A DNA stretch of 48,893 nt from Octopus sinensis (GCF_006345805.1 NW_021834362.1:1-48893); one strand, 5' to 3'; positions 23,499-37,199 are shown, numbered from the stretch's first letter. Program-made: numbers and translations. Notes: generated by a model not told the origin, from the letters alone.

Positions 23499-24434
23499 AG
23501 CCAGGACCACAGATCTTTCTACTTAACTAAATATTCTGAAACTTCGTATGCTGATAGAGTCTAGCAAAACAAGACACAGGTTGGAACTAGTTTATTTGAG
23601 AAAAATCTATTTTATGACTTTAATCGTAGATTAAAACTGCGAATCTAACCATCAATCTTGTTTGTTTTCATGTGTAAAACTTGACTGCATTCTATTAGTG
23701 TGACGTAGAAAGCGCTTTTGTGACGTACTAACGTTCGGAAAACTGTAAACAAACACAGAACGTAACGGCAGACGCATTTCGCCCGGCGTGCTAACGTTTC
23801 TGCAGCTCTTTGCTTTTTTAATATTAAATTTCTTGCCTTTTGCACAAATAAATCAATAAGTGAAATGAAAAACGCATTAGCTTAGAAACGAAATCTTGTT
23901 AGAAGCCTCGTCACTGAGATGCCACTTCTTAATAGCAAACGAAAGCAAGTACTAACAGAATGAAACATTTTCAATTTAATACATGTGGCTTATTAACTAG
24001 TTTTAAATATTGTTATTAGAAGGTGGCTGGACTATAGGATCCTGGAAACATGAGTACGTTAATAATTAGAAGGAGATTTCACGGAGACATGCGGCTTGTT
24101 TACATTTAAGATGTTTTAATACGTCACCAAATTGGTGGTCGAGACGGAGTAAATAAAATAAAGCCGAATGACGGAATATCATTGGTTAAAATTCTAATTA
24201 TTAAACAACGTTAAACTTAGAAGTTACAATTCCGTTTTCATTCTGGTTTACAATTAAGTTTACTTTGACACATTCTACCAGTATACGAAGTTTCAAATTG
24301 TTTGGTTCAGTAGGAAAAATTTGAAAAAACTGGCTTCAGAATTGAAAAGATCCGTTTATTGCCTCATTTTTGTGTGTTCTTTTTGTGTGTGAGTGTTCTT
24401 GTTCTTGTGTGTATGTATGTGCGCGCGTTTGTTC

Positions 24435-24471
<37 letters not shown>

Positions 24472-24871
24472 TGCGTGCGTGCGTGCGAGGGTGTTCTCGT
24501 ATAGTCCCACAGATCTTGTTTAATTTAGCTTTAAAATTAAAAGAAATCAATGTCATATTTCTTTCTTTCGCATTTCCTTTAATCAGTAATGTTAATTTCC
24601 ATTTCTTTCTTTTCTCCATGCGTGTTACAATATTTCGGCTCTTTGATACATGTTGCAATATTTCGGCGCTCTTTGGTTGTTAAAAAAATAAAACCACATG
24701 GACTGTTATAACTAATATGGTTTTTTTCGACATTGATCTAGTTTTCTTCTTGGAAATCTACGGATTTTACATACACAAATATGCTAGGATTTTCTCAAGT
24801 TTAAAATGCGACATTGTTTTTGTTATATCTACATTCCACACGCATAAATATATAAAAACAGAATAGACTCG

Positions 24872-24928
<57 letters not shown>

Positions 24929-25121
24929 AACACACACGTACACACACACACACGTACTCCCAGTAGTCTCCTCCACACACATAAATACATTAACACAGAA
25001 CACGCTCGCCCCCTACTCTCACACACAAACACACACACGTACACCCATTAGCTTCCTCCACACACATAAACACACAGACAACACGCTCGCGCTCACACAT
25101 ACGCACACTCATACACACACA

Positions 25122-25154
<33 letters not shown>

Positions 25155-25435
25155 CACGTACATCCATTAGCTTCCTCTTTCCACTTCGACACGTCAAACA
25201 GAATAAGCACACAACGAAGAAAGCTCCATGACAAACTATCGCTCATTGGCTGATGATGATTGAAAATTGACCATAAATGCAATCTCCACGCAAACGGCTA
25301 CGGGCTCCTCAGCCTCTTATTCGCAAGCTCGGTGTATATTGTCGGACACGCAGGAGACTCGACTACAACACTGATGTCGGTCACTGCGTGCCTGACAGAT
25401 ATATGTATATTTGTACACACGCACACACACACACA

Positions 25436-25466
<31 letters not shown>

Positions 25467-25569
25467 CACATTTACAATAATTTCATTATTTAATTTTTGG
25501 AAACTTCTGTACACACACACACACACATTTACAATAATTTCATTATTTATTTTGGAAACTTCTGTACAC

Positions 25570-25659
<90 letters not shown>

Positions 25660-25985
25660 ACACACACCCATAAGCACTCATATGTACAGACAAACAAAAT
25701 TTACACGCACGCTTATTATTTCACATTCCTCCTATTAATCAATGTTAACGTAGATCTTAACAATGTCTTCTTCGGAGTTTTAACAAATATTTAACAAGAT
25801 TTTCAAGTATAATTATGAAGACGACAACGTGTTAGATAATGCAAATAATTGCAACGATTAAGATGGCAATAACAACAGCAGCAGCAGCAGTAGTAGTAGT
25901 AGTAGTAGTAGTAGAGGTAAATCAAAAAAATCTCTCTCATCTCTCTCCCCCTCACCTCCTCACCGACAACCGCCATATATATATG

Positions 25986-26258
25986 TACTCTTTTACTCTT
26001 TTAGTTGTTTCAGTCATTTGACAGTGGCCATGCGGGAGCACCGCCTTTAGTCGATCGAGCAAATCGATCCCAGGACTTATTCTTTGTAAGCCTAGTACTT
26101 ATTCTATCGGTCTCTTTTGCCGAACCGTTACGGGGACGTAAACACACTAGCATCGGTTGTCAAGCGATGTTGGGGAACAAAAACAGACACACACACATAT
26201 ACACACACATACATACATATATACATACAAACACACACACACACATATATAACATACC

Positions 26259-26322
<64 letters not shown>

Positions 26323-26461
26323 TATTTATATATATACATATATACGACGGGCTTCTTTCAGTTTTCGTCTACCAAATCCACTCACAAGGCTTTGGTCGGC
26401 CCGAGGCTATAGCAAGAAGACACTTGCCAAGGTGCCACACAGTGGGACTGAACCCGGAACC
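25986..26461 (-). mobile_element. SINE family B, 5'-truncated
   Basis: Reverse complement of the family B body, with an expanded CA/TA microsatellite. Confidence 0.92.
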
Positions 26462-26479
26462 AGTTAGAAACCCGACGCT

Positions 26480-27020
26480 GAAGAAAGTAGGTCTTGGAGT
26501 AACATATGAGATAATTGAAGAAATTATTCGAAAGATGCTGCATAGTTGAAGGAATTAAGATTGGGAAAAGAAAATGAAGTGAAGAATATAAGGATAACAA
26601 TTGAAACGTTACACATTTGTAGAATGTGTAACATTAGAAAAAAAATGAAACAGTGTGAGTGAATGTAACAAATTGGCTCAAAAGGAATCCAAAAGGAAGC
26701 ATGATAACGTAACTAGATAGGTTCATAGGAGATTGTGTGAGAAGTACAGTCTTGAGAGGACATTGAAATAATACGAGCAAAAACCAGGCGTGGATAATGA
26801 GTATAAGATCTTGTTTGACTTTACAATCCAGTATAATTCAGTGACTGATGCTCGGAGACCAGGTATGTTGTAGTTGATAATTGATGAAGGAAATCAAGAT
26901 CACAGGTATTGTCATATCTGGAGATGTACGAGTGGATCATAAAGAACTAGAAAATATTGAGATGTACAAGCCACTAAAAGATGAGATTGCACGGATGAGG
27001 GCAATGAAGGCATTTTCTAT
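26480..27020 (+). mobile_element. Degraded Dong/R4-clade zinc knuckle + RLE region
   Basis: Disrupted frames give CRMC, SECNKLAQKE.KRKHDNV, LCEKYSLER, YKILFDFTIQ, DARRP, ISGDVRVDHKELENIEMYKPLKDEIARM. Confidence 0.72.
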
Positions 27021-27505
27021 TTGCCTGGTAGTCATGGCGAAAGATATATGATGGGCGAGATTGAAGAGACTGAAAATAAATACTTTCCTCTTTGGCCAAT
27101 ACCTCATCAACGTCTTTAAGTTTTACTCGAAGTGGAAATATAGGATGAGTGAAAAGTGTTGCCTTCAAGCTATGTTGTTGAAAAGGGGCTGGGAGATCAC
27201 GATGCTAGTGAGTGGGCCCTGCCCTGAGCACACGCCTGTAAATCGGAGATAAGGAACTGAGAAAAGGCAACTGCCCTAGAAATCAGGTCAGTCGTTGTTT
27301 TATGGGGTTTTCCCATGAGCGGCCGTCGAAGTCTGCTCCTATTGGTAAAATGTTATTACCTTTTTTTTTACACACTGTTTACACGCAAAACCCTTGCAAT
27401 AACATAACACAAACATTCAATGCTTTGTTCCCTACGATCCCTGATGTTTTTCTAATGTAAACTTTGTGTGGTTCAAAAAGAAATCATCAGCATCATCATT
27501 ATTAT

Positions 27506-28052
27506 TGGATGAGAGAGCATTGTATGCCATCAAAGTGACACTGGGGTAAAATATACGAAGTCCAGTATACCCATCATGACTACCCTCTGATTAGGGTACA
27601 CCAGGCTCATGCATCACAACCATATGTACGCGACATGGTGATCTAATATCAGATAAACAGCACATGACCTTGCAGGTGGGGCCCAGTTAGAATTTTCTTC
27701 TGGTTGAGTACCAATCACGCTCAAAAGGTCCCTGAATAAGGGTTGTTTAATGATGTTGAAAGGAACCACCCATGTTTCCAGAGGTGAATTATTCAAAGCC
27801 CAAAGAATCCCTCACAACACATGGCTATGATGCTCCCCACTACTTCTGATTAGAGATTCACATATCGTCAACCACTAAGGGACATGCTCAACTGGTTAAG
27901 GTCAAACAACTGACAAGCAAATCTGTGGTATTGAGCAGAATATTTGCTGTAGCCCATCTTTTATACCAAGACAAAACAATGTACATGATAACACTTCCAA
28001 TCAGTTAAGATCAGAAGCCATTAGAGCCACTGCCTGGTACTACATCAGGGCA
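27506..28052. mobile_element. Unclassified ~550-bp non-coding interspersed repeat, copy 1
   Basis: About 93% identical by eye to 28702-29256. (ATT)n on both sides; TG...CA termini. Confidence 0.85.
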
Positions 28053-28065
28053 CTTATTATTATTA

Positions 28066-28145
<80 letters not shown>

Positions 28146-28147
<2 letters not shown>

Positions 28148-28353
28148 GGCGGCGAGTTGGCAGAATCGTTATCACGCTGGACGAAATGCTTAGCGGTATT
28201 TCGTCCGTCGCTACGTGCTGAGTTCAAATTCCGCCGAGGTCGACTTTACCTTTCATCCTTTCGGGGTCGATAAAATACGTACCAGTTAAACAGTGGGGTC
28301 GATGTAATCGACTCATTCCCTCCCCAAAACTGCTGGTTTTGTGGCAAAATTTA
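28146..28353 (+). mobile_element. SINE family A, full length
   Basis: A box tggcagaatcg (28158-28168), B box gagttcaaatt (28220-28230), conserved core and (ATT)n tail. Confidence 0.92.
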
Positions 28354-28356
28354 AAC

Positions 28357-28477
<121 letters not shown>

Positions 28478-28690
28478 AAGGCGAGCAGGTAGAATCGTTA
28501 GCACGTCGGACAAAATGCTTAGCGACACTTCGTCACTCCTTACGTTCTGAGGTCATATTCCGGTCGAGGTTGACTTTTCTTTCATCCTTTCAGCGTCGAT
28601 AAAATGAGTATCAGTTACTCACAGGAGTCAATGTAATCGACTAGCCCTCGCACCCAAATTTCAGCCCTTGTACTTCCAGTAGAAAGGATT
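28478..28690 (+). mobile_element. SINE family A, full length
   Basis: Colinear with 28146-28353 and more diverged. Confidence 0.88.
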
Positions 28691-28701
28691 ATTATTATTA
28701 T

Positions 28702-29256
28702 TGAGTGAGAGAGCAGTTCATGCCATCAAAGTGACACTGGGGTAAAATATACGAAGCCCAATATACCCATCATGACTACCCGTCTGATAAAGGTACACCA
28801 GGCACATGCATCACAACCATATGTGCGCGACATGGTGATCTCATATCAAGATAAACAGCACATGACCTTGCAGGTGGGGCCCAGTTAGAATTTTCTTCAG
28901 GTTGAGTAGCCCATCCCGCTCAAACGGTCCCTGAATAAGGGTTGCTTAAGGATGTTGAAAGAACCACCCATGTTTCCAGAGGTGAACTATTCAAACCCCA
29001 AAGAATCCCTCTCAACACATGGCTATGATGCTCCCCCCCCTACTTCTGCTCGTGATCAGAGATGCACATATCGTCAGCCACTAAGGGACATGCTCAACTG
29101 GTTAAGGTCAAACAACTGACAAGCAAATCTGTGGTATTGAGCAGAATATTTGCTGTAGCCCATCTTTTATACCAAGACAAAACAATGTACATGATAACAC
29201 TTCCAATCAGTTAGATCAGAAGCCATGAGAGCCACTGCCTGGTACTGCATCAGGGC
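28702..29256. mobile_element. Unclassified ~550-bp non-coding interspersed repeat, copy 2
   Basis: Direct repeat of 27506-28052, embedded in (ATT)n. Confidence 0.85.
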
Positions 29257-29259
29257 TTA

Positions 29260-29303
<44 letters not shown>

Positions 29304-29344
29304 TATTATTATTATTATTAGTATTATATTATTATTATTATTTC

Positions 29345-29481
29345 TAGATTTTGTACAAGACTAGCAATTTTGATAGAAGGAGGCAAGTCGATTACGTTCA
29401 ACCCAGTACTTGACTGGTACTTTATTTTATCGAACCCGAAAGAATGAAAGATACACTGAACCTCATCAGGATTTGAACTCA
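29345..29481 (-). mobile_element. SINE family A, 3' part
   Basis: gtcgattacgttcaacccagtacttgactggtactttattttatcgaacccgaaagaatgaaag...gatttgaactcag. Confidence 0.75.
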
Positions 29482-29512
29482 GTAGATAACAACAACAGCA
29501 ACAAGAACAACA

Positions 29513-29990
<478 letters not shown>

Positions 29991-30446
29991 AATGTTAATG
30001 ATGAAAACGAAAATGTGAACAATAAAAGATGAAGAAAAAAACGCCAACGACAACAACAGCAACAATAATAATAATTGTAATAATATTCGTAATAAATAAC
30101 AGACGTACAGGAAGTTTTTCTGTCTGCCTGAGGAAGGAAAGAGATCAGATGTTGTATGTCAAATAAATAAATAAATAAAAAAAATATAGATGGATAAATA
30201 AATAAAAATAAATAAATTAGTACGTAAACAAGGCACTATTGTATTTTGAATGTAGCCGCTTCAGGCAAGTTTAATAGAAACAAATTGGTACCGTATTGGG
30301 GAATTATAGCCTCTGAAGTTCTTTTGCTCTCATTGCAAGTATATATATTATGTTTCTCTCTATAAAACTATCCTCACTATTAATGTATGCACACACACAC
30401 ACATCTACATATAATCCTATACATACACATACACATCCACATATAC

Positions 30447-30508
<62 letters not shown>

Positions 30509-30657
30509 CATAAATTATATATGCATAGATAGCTCATTCTATGTACATGTGTGTATTTTGTTTTATAAACTTTATCATCGTTTTTACTGATATCTTTTTC
30601 TTGGCCTTTTACATTAACGTTATATCATCATTGTTATTATTATTATCATTGTTGCTG

Positions 30658-30701
<44 letters not shown>

Positions 30702-30731
30702 GCTATTATAATAATAATAATAATAATAATA

Positions 30732-30764
<33 letters not shown>

Positions 30765-30831
30765 GTTGTTATTATTATTATTAAATATTTGCAAACAGTA
30801 GCATTAGCAGCAGCAATAGTAGCAGTAGCAA

Positions 30832-30870
<39 letters not shown>

Positions 30871-31189
30871 AGGTGGTGTTCTTATCATCATTAATCGTCA
30901 CGACCAACCTACTTTTCTCAATACCGAGATAAGCCCCTCCCCGAGTCTTCAACATCCCTAACTACGACTACCACCGCTTTCCCCATCCTCATCTTTCACG
31001 GCCACCATTCCTACCACTATCACTAACCATCGTCATCGCCAATCCCCCCCACCACCACCGACAACACTGTATCCCAGATATAGTTTGATGCTTTGCCAGA
31101 GAAATCTAATAAGATGTTTTTGTCTTGTTCCATGATTTGTGTATATATAGGTATAAAACATTTCACTTGAGTATGTGCGTTGGTGTGTG

Positions 31190-31223
<34 letters not shown>

Positions 31224-31293
31224 ATATACCACTAATATCGAACGATGAAAATGAGTGCTCAACACCGCTTGGTGGATAGAATTTCCTTATTTG

Positions 31294-31514
31294 TGAATTA
31301 AGGCTATCGTTGGTTTCATGTTAAGAAAAATAGAAAAATACCCTAATATCTTAAACATTTCAAGCCAAGTACATAGAGGAATGGTGTTCGTTTCCATTTT
31401 TATCCAAAATGGAGACGAAAATCGTTCCTCCGTGTGATCGGCTTGAAAAATTGTTATGATATTAATTTATTTTCCTAATTTTATTAACATGAAACCAATG
31501 GTAACCTTAATTCA
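31294..31514. repeat. Imperfect fold-back (hairpin MITE-like) element
   Basis: tgaattaaggctatcgttggtttcatgttaa pairs with ttaacatgaaaccaatggtaaccttaattca; pairing continues inward to the centre ccatttt-tatcc-aaaatgg. Confidence 0.75.
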
Positions 31515-31573
31515 AAACGCACACACACACACACATATATATATCTAAATACACACACACACACACAACACAC

Positions 31574-31620
<47 letters not shown>

Positions 31621-31859
31621 GAGAAAAATGGAGAAACTGAAATAGACATCAGTTTATTCAAAGATATTCAAATCAATATAACATGAAATCCTTATCCCTA
31701 CAGCTGTTTCCATAGCCAATTAATTCAATCAGAGAAATTAAATTAATATCCATTAATCCAAAACTAGAGTATTTAGTTTTTCACTGGTAAAAACCGGAGA
31801 ACTAAGATGCAAACATCCCTTAAAAGATTATAGGTCCTTTGGCATAATTACAAATGTGT

Positions 31860-31907
<48 letters not shown>

Positions 31908-32521
31908 TATCTTTTTAGTATAAGTGTTTATATTTCTTCATTAGTCCTTATGTTTTGTTTGGAACAATATTTTTCCTATATTCATTAACGTGTCAGGAAC
32001 TTTTCGGCATTGTCTCAGTGGAATAATAAAAATGGTGTAATGTTACTGTGTTGCGTCTGGGCAGCAAAGGATCAGAAGACTAAAGCTTTGATAAGAATAA
32101 TTGTCGCTAGATTTGAAGTTGTTTCATAGTTAACTCCTAATGTTATTCATAGCTTTTCTCACATTCGCTGCGTCTATATGTTCATGTTTTGGTTATAATT
32201 TGCTAGTAATAATATAATGATAGTAATAATATAATAATATATAATAATCTGGATGCAGGCCTAGCTGTTGGGGCTGCTTGTCTCCCATTCGTAAACATAA
32301 GGACACAGAAAATGTGTCAAAGCCGACAGGAGGCGTCGATGCTTCCTAGGGCTAAATAGCGGTGTTGTGATTCCCTTTACGGGACTGTCACGTTAAGCTG
32401 ACAGTATACAACCGCTCTATCGTTCCACCACCGCCCATATCTCACTGAGATATTTAGAAATTTAATATTTCTAATAATATAAGTATTTTTGTGAAATTCT
32501 ACAAGAACTTATATTGGTATC

Positions 32522-32607
<86 letters not shown>

Positions 32608-33510
32608 AGAGAGAGAGGTCACTTGCGAGATCTATACATGTGTGGTATTGGTAACACGGAATCCAGTATAACCTGTTGCATGGTCGAGTATTCGGCGACT
32701 AAACCAGCACTCCCAGTAGGCTGTCTGGTGAGAAGTGTTGCTCGAAACCCACCAGGATTAAAAGCAATACCTATCAAAGGATCGATGAACCTAGTGTAGG
32801 TTCATCGACTATCTAGCCATAGCATGGGCCCTCGAAAATTCCGAGTTGGTGTCCGGCGTGCTGGAAGATCACTGGGAGTGAGGCACACCTTAGCTTTTGT
32901 CCTATACTCATACAGCATTTCGAATTTCAGATAAGAATCTTTAATTATATTACTTAAAGGTAATATGAGAAGATTATACTTTTTGTTATAATCTTAATCC
33001 ACGTAACTACAGAGATTCCATCAGCCATTCTAGAAAGTAATTTATTTTACAAATGTCAAATATCAATACAACTTCCATTTTGAATAAGACTTTGCTTTAG
33101 ATAAGACCAATTATCTCAGCCCTTCCCAACTGTTTATTTATCATATTTTATATACTTTCTCTGTAATAATATCGAAACTGATTCCCTGATATATGTACAA
33201 GCAGCGTGAAATGTTAGGCATAACTAATCTATACTTTTAGTCAATGAATAGATGAATATGTGTGTAATTTTTTAAGAGCTTGTTTGTCTTTATAGCAATT
33301 ACAATTCTTATTTATATCTATTTATATGCATTTATTTCTGTAGCTGCCTTCTTGGGCTGGCTGTGTTTCTATAGATATATCGATTTGTATCCATTTGTGC
33401 ATTTGTATGCTCGGATTTACTTGGCAATGAGACTAAGTATATATTCATGCACATGCCTGTATGTGAGTATGTATATGCGCATGTACTCGTCCATATATAT
33501 ACATATATAT

Positions 33511-33589
<79 letters not shown>

Positions 33590-34287
33590 TAAATATATAT
33601 GCCACACATGCCTACATACACATACACTTACGTACATACATTGTGTGTACACGCACACACACACACATATACAGACAGAGCACAACGAAACACGAAACTT
33701 AACGAAGCCATTAATATATTATTTATGAAAAATGCTGACTACAACAAACGTCCACTCGTTTCACTTACTTGAAAGATTTTCCAAAAGTAAAATAAATGTG
33801 ATCAGGTTTTCCAATAAATGTGTTAATACGAGTTATTCAAGAAAAGGAAATAGAAACCATGTCTACAGGAGGGATTGCTTGCATCGAGGTGTGAGGTATT
33901 ACTTAGGGAACAATTTTATTCTTGACCTGATGGCCTTTAAATATTTTGCTTTGTAGTGGTTAAGCAAAAATTTTAATTCACCAAAATGTGAGTTTGCTTT
34001 CTTCCGGTAACTTAAGTTTGTCAAAATATTCATCAACAGCACCTTTGTGCATTCGTTGAGAAGGGGATTTTCAGCCCAGTAGTGGATGAGCACACTTTTC
34101 GACATAGATGCCAGCTGGTGTTCTGTATAGGCAGTTGGAGGTCTATGCATATAAGCATCCCGTATTAGTCTTTAGATATGTGAACTTTCATGGACGACAA
34201 ACCCAGATTTTAAAAGTGTAAAGCAAGCATAGACAATGGAACTGAAATTATCTCTTCAACCTCAACTCTTCAGAACCTCAAGAACTT

Positions 34288-34497
34288 CAGTTTATGGGCT
34301 TTATATTACTATTTAGTGAATAATGTTATTTCTCTTAAACTCCGGGCTGTATTTGCTGGCTATAGACTGTCATTCACTTCTATTCAGCAGAACCTCAGTT
34401 TATGGGCTTTACATTACTATTTAGTGAATAATGATATTTCTCTTAAACTACGGGCTGTACTTGCTGGCTATAGGCTGTCATTCACTTCTGTTCAGCA
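34288..34497. repeat. 108-bp tandem duplication (2 copies)
   Basis: cagtttatgggcttta...cattcacttct.ttcagca starts at 34288 and at 34396. Confidence 0.92.
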
Positions 34498-34499
34498 TC

Positions 34500-36199
34500 A
34501 CTTAACAGTGCTAATGTTAAGGTTGACTTTCGTGACGCCATGAAATCTCATTTATGTTTTAAGACGGAATCATACAATGTAAACAAATGCTCCACAAAGT
34601 AATCTGACTCAGAAGTCTGAAATCATCAAGACATATGATATAACTAACCTATCGTATGTGATATTTGGTGAGGTGAGCTTCCATACTGAAACATATTCAC
34701 CCTTACTTTTTATAGTATTCTGTATCGGGTTTAAAAGGTTTCAAGATGTTTAATACAAGCCTTAACCACTTCTTGTGAAATTTCTCGAATATTTTGATGC
34801 ATCGTCGAAATAATGTTTATGCATCAGAAAATTATTGCAAGGATGCGATGATGTATGTATCATAGATGCAAAATTCTGTGGAAATGTCGGATCCACGAAT
34901 TCATACCCGTTGTTAGAGCTGCTAATGTATACAAAAGAATCCGCAACATCAAATCCGGTCCCTTGCAGAAGAAGTATATTTGGTTCCACATAACTCTCTT
35001 CAAGAGTATGAGTAAATAATATCTTAGTCCCCTCCCACCCCCAGACATATTGTAAATCCAAAAGCAGTCAGAGTATCGAAAAAGAGGTTCATTATTTTCT
35101 GAATATCGTTGTTTCGAGTGACCCACAAGATTACAATCTTCAGCATACAACAAATTTGCGAACTAGAGTTACAGAGATATTTGATTTAGTTTTGAAACAG
35201 TACAGACAAAATATTTTACTTGTGTGATAGAGGACAAAAATATGTATAATGCATTCTTTAGGTGCACACGTAATCAGCGTTGTCAGTTAAATGGAAACCA
35301 AAGTTGTTGGTGAAGGAATATTACCCCACACCAGTTAATACCGACAGAGCATCATTTGAACTTAAATAGGGTTTCATACTGGAATATGGTGAGACAAACA
35401 AATCGCTAAATCCAGGCTTCTCAAGACTCCTTTCAGTGCATTTCTATTGACTGTGTCAAATGTCGTTAGATCAACGAAAACTTGGTGGAAATGGAATCTC
35501 TACTCAACGCAATTCTCCTATAATTGTCCGACACTAAAGAACATATATTTGGTACCTCTACCAGATGTAAATCCAAACTCGAGACTCAGGGATAACGATG
35601 GAGTATATGTGTGCCTGCAGACAATCCAATAAAAGTCTGGTGAATATCAATTACACCAACAGTTACAAGTAACGAAATATCAAGAAAGTTACAAAAGTTT
35701 CACTTGGCACCTTTTCTCTTGAACAATAAAATCAGTATAACATCTCTCCGATCCTGTGGAACTGGTGAACCATTCCATACGTTAACAATCAGTGTGGTCA
35801 CAAGATCGCTGCTACTCCCCATCATTCTTAATAATTTCAATTGGTAGACTATCATCCTTCGGGTTTTCCCTTTTAATAGTGATTTTGACTTTCTCTCTCT
35901 TACGATTATTATTCATTTCTCCAATAACACGGTACTCAGCAGATCTGTGAAATGCCCTGTTCATCTCTTCAGAATACTTTCTGTATCAGTGATTTATGTC
36001 AATCCATCTTTGAGAAGGAGAGAAGAGCAGTTGTTGGCAGGCAGGGTCAAAATATCCGTTTTGACTAGCTGTACAATGTATGTCCTCTTTTTTGTCGAAG
36101 ACCGGTTGAATACCTGTGGATATGTTCAATCGTTACACAGTCTTCATTACTTTCAATTCTCTCAGTAAAGTTGATTTGTGCCCCCCGTTACCCTCTATC
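34500..36199 (-). mobile_element. Degraded RTE-clade LINE, reverse transcriptase region
   Basis: Minus-strand remnants: LPIEIIK, NGSPVPQD, FGFTSGRGT, QVFVDL.TFDTVNRNAL, LLYAEDCNLVGHS (YADD box), DIQKIMNLF..LGFTI, YVEPNI...DSFVYISS, LDDFRLLSQI. Confidence 0.85.
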
Positions 36200-36744
36200 C
36201 TGTACTGTTTCAAAACTAAATCAAATATCTCAGTAACTCTAGTTCGCAAATTTGTTGTATGCTGAAGATTGTAATCTTGTGGGTCACTCGAAACAACGAT
36301 ATTCAGAAAATAATGAACCTCTTTTTCGATACTCTGACTGCTTTGGGATTTACAATATGTCTGGGGGTGGGGGGGAACTAAGATATTATTTACTCATACT
36401 CTTGAAGAGAGTTATGTGGAACCAAATATACTTCTTCTGCAAGGGACCGGATTTGATGTTGCGGATTCTTTTGTATACATTAGCAGCTCTAACAACGGGT
36501 ATGAATTCGTGGATCCCACATTTCCACAGGATTTTGTATCTATGATACATACATCATCGCATCCCTGCAATAATTTTCTGATGCATAAACCTTATTTCGA
36601 CGATGCATCAAAATATTCGAGAAATTTCACAAGAAGTGGTTAAGGCATATATTAAACATCTTGAAACCTTTTAAACCCGATACAGAATACTATAAAAAGT
36701 AAGGGTGAATATGTTTCAGTATGGAAGCTCACCTCACCAAATAT
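36200..36744 (+). repeat. Inverted duplicate of 34661-35205 (RTE RT segment)
   Basis: 545-bp arms with about 11 substitutions and no indels by manual comparison (~98%). The paired ORF-track peptides 34860..35153(-) and 36252..36545(+) confirm it. Confidence 0.96.
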
Positions 36745-36975
36745 TTTCAGTTAATTAGAATTGAGCAACTTCTGGTGTAATCTATGTTTGATATCTAGAA
36801 ACTTAGACACTTCAGAGTTATTTCCTTAGAACTAGTCTTTGTGTTTGCGCTTCTCAACGTTGAGATCTTAGCTGTGGTGTCCAAAACTTTCAAGTACGAC
36901 ATTGAAGTACCAGGCGATGAGTTTGCTACAGCCGCGGGCCACCGGGTTTGTCAATATCCTCGCATTTCGCAACTT
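36745..36975 (-). mobile_element. Probable N-terminal apurinic-endonuclease remnant of the same RTE element
   Basis: LRNARILTNPVARGCSKLIAW resembles the RTE start TWNVRTL..RP.RRTALIA. Confidence 0.5.
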
Positions 36976-36988
36976 TAGTATTATTAGT

Positions 36989-37199
36989 TACTCTTTTACT
37001 CTTTTACTTGTTTCAGTCATTTGACTGCGGCCATGCTGGAGCACCGCCTTTAGTCAAGCAAATAGACCCCGGGACTTATTCTTTGTAAGCCCAGTACTTA
37101 TTCTATCGGTCTCTTTTGCCGAACCGCTAAGTGACGGGGACGTAAACACACCAGCATCGGTTGTCAAGCAATGCTAGGGGGACAAACACAGACACACAA

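Noticed and set aside
28146-28240. tRNA gene (A and B boxes present); also 37340-37413
   Set aside because: No cloverleaf can be formed, and both are followed by SINE body and tail; these are SINE heads.
36252-36643. Apparent duplicated novel gene (paired ~97-aa ORFs at 34860-35153 and 36252-36545)
   Set aside because: The peptides switch between RTE reverse-transcriptase frame and out-of-frame sequence; this is an inverted duplication of a LINE pseudogene.
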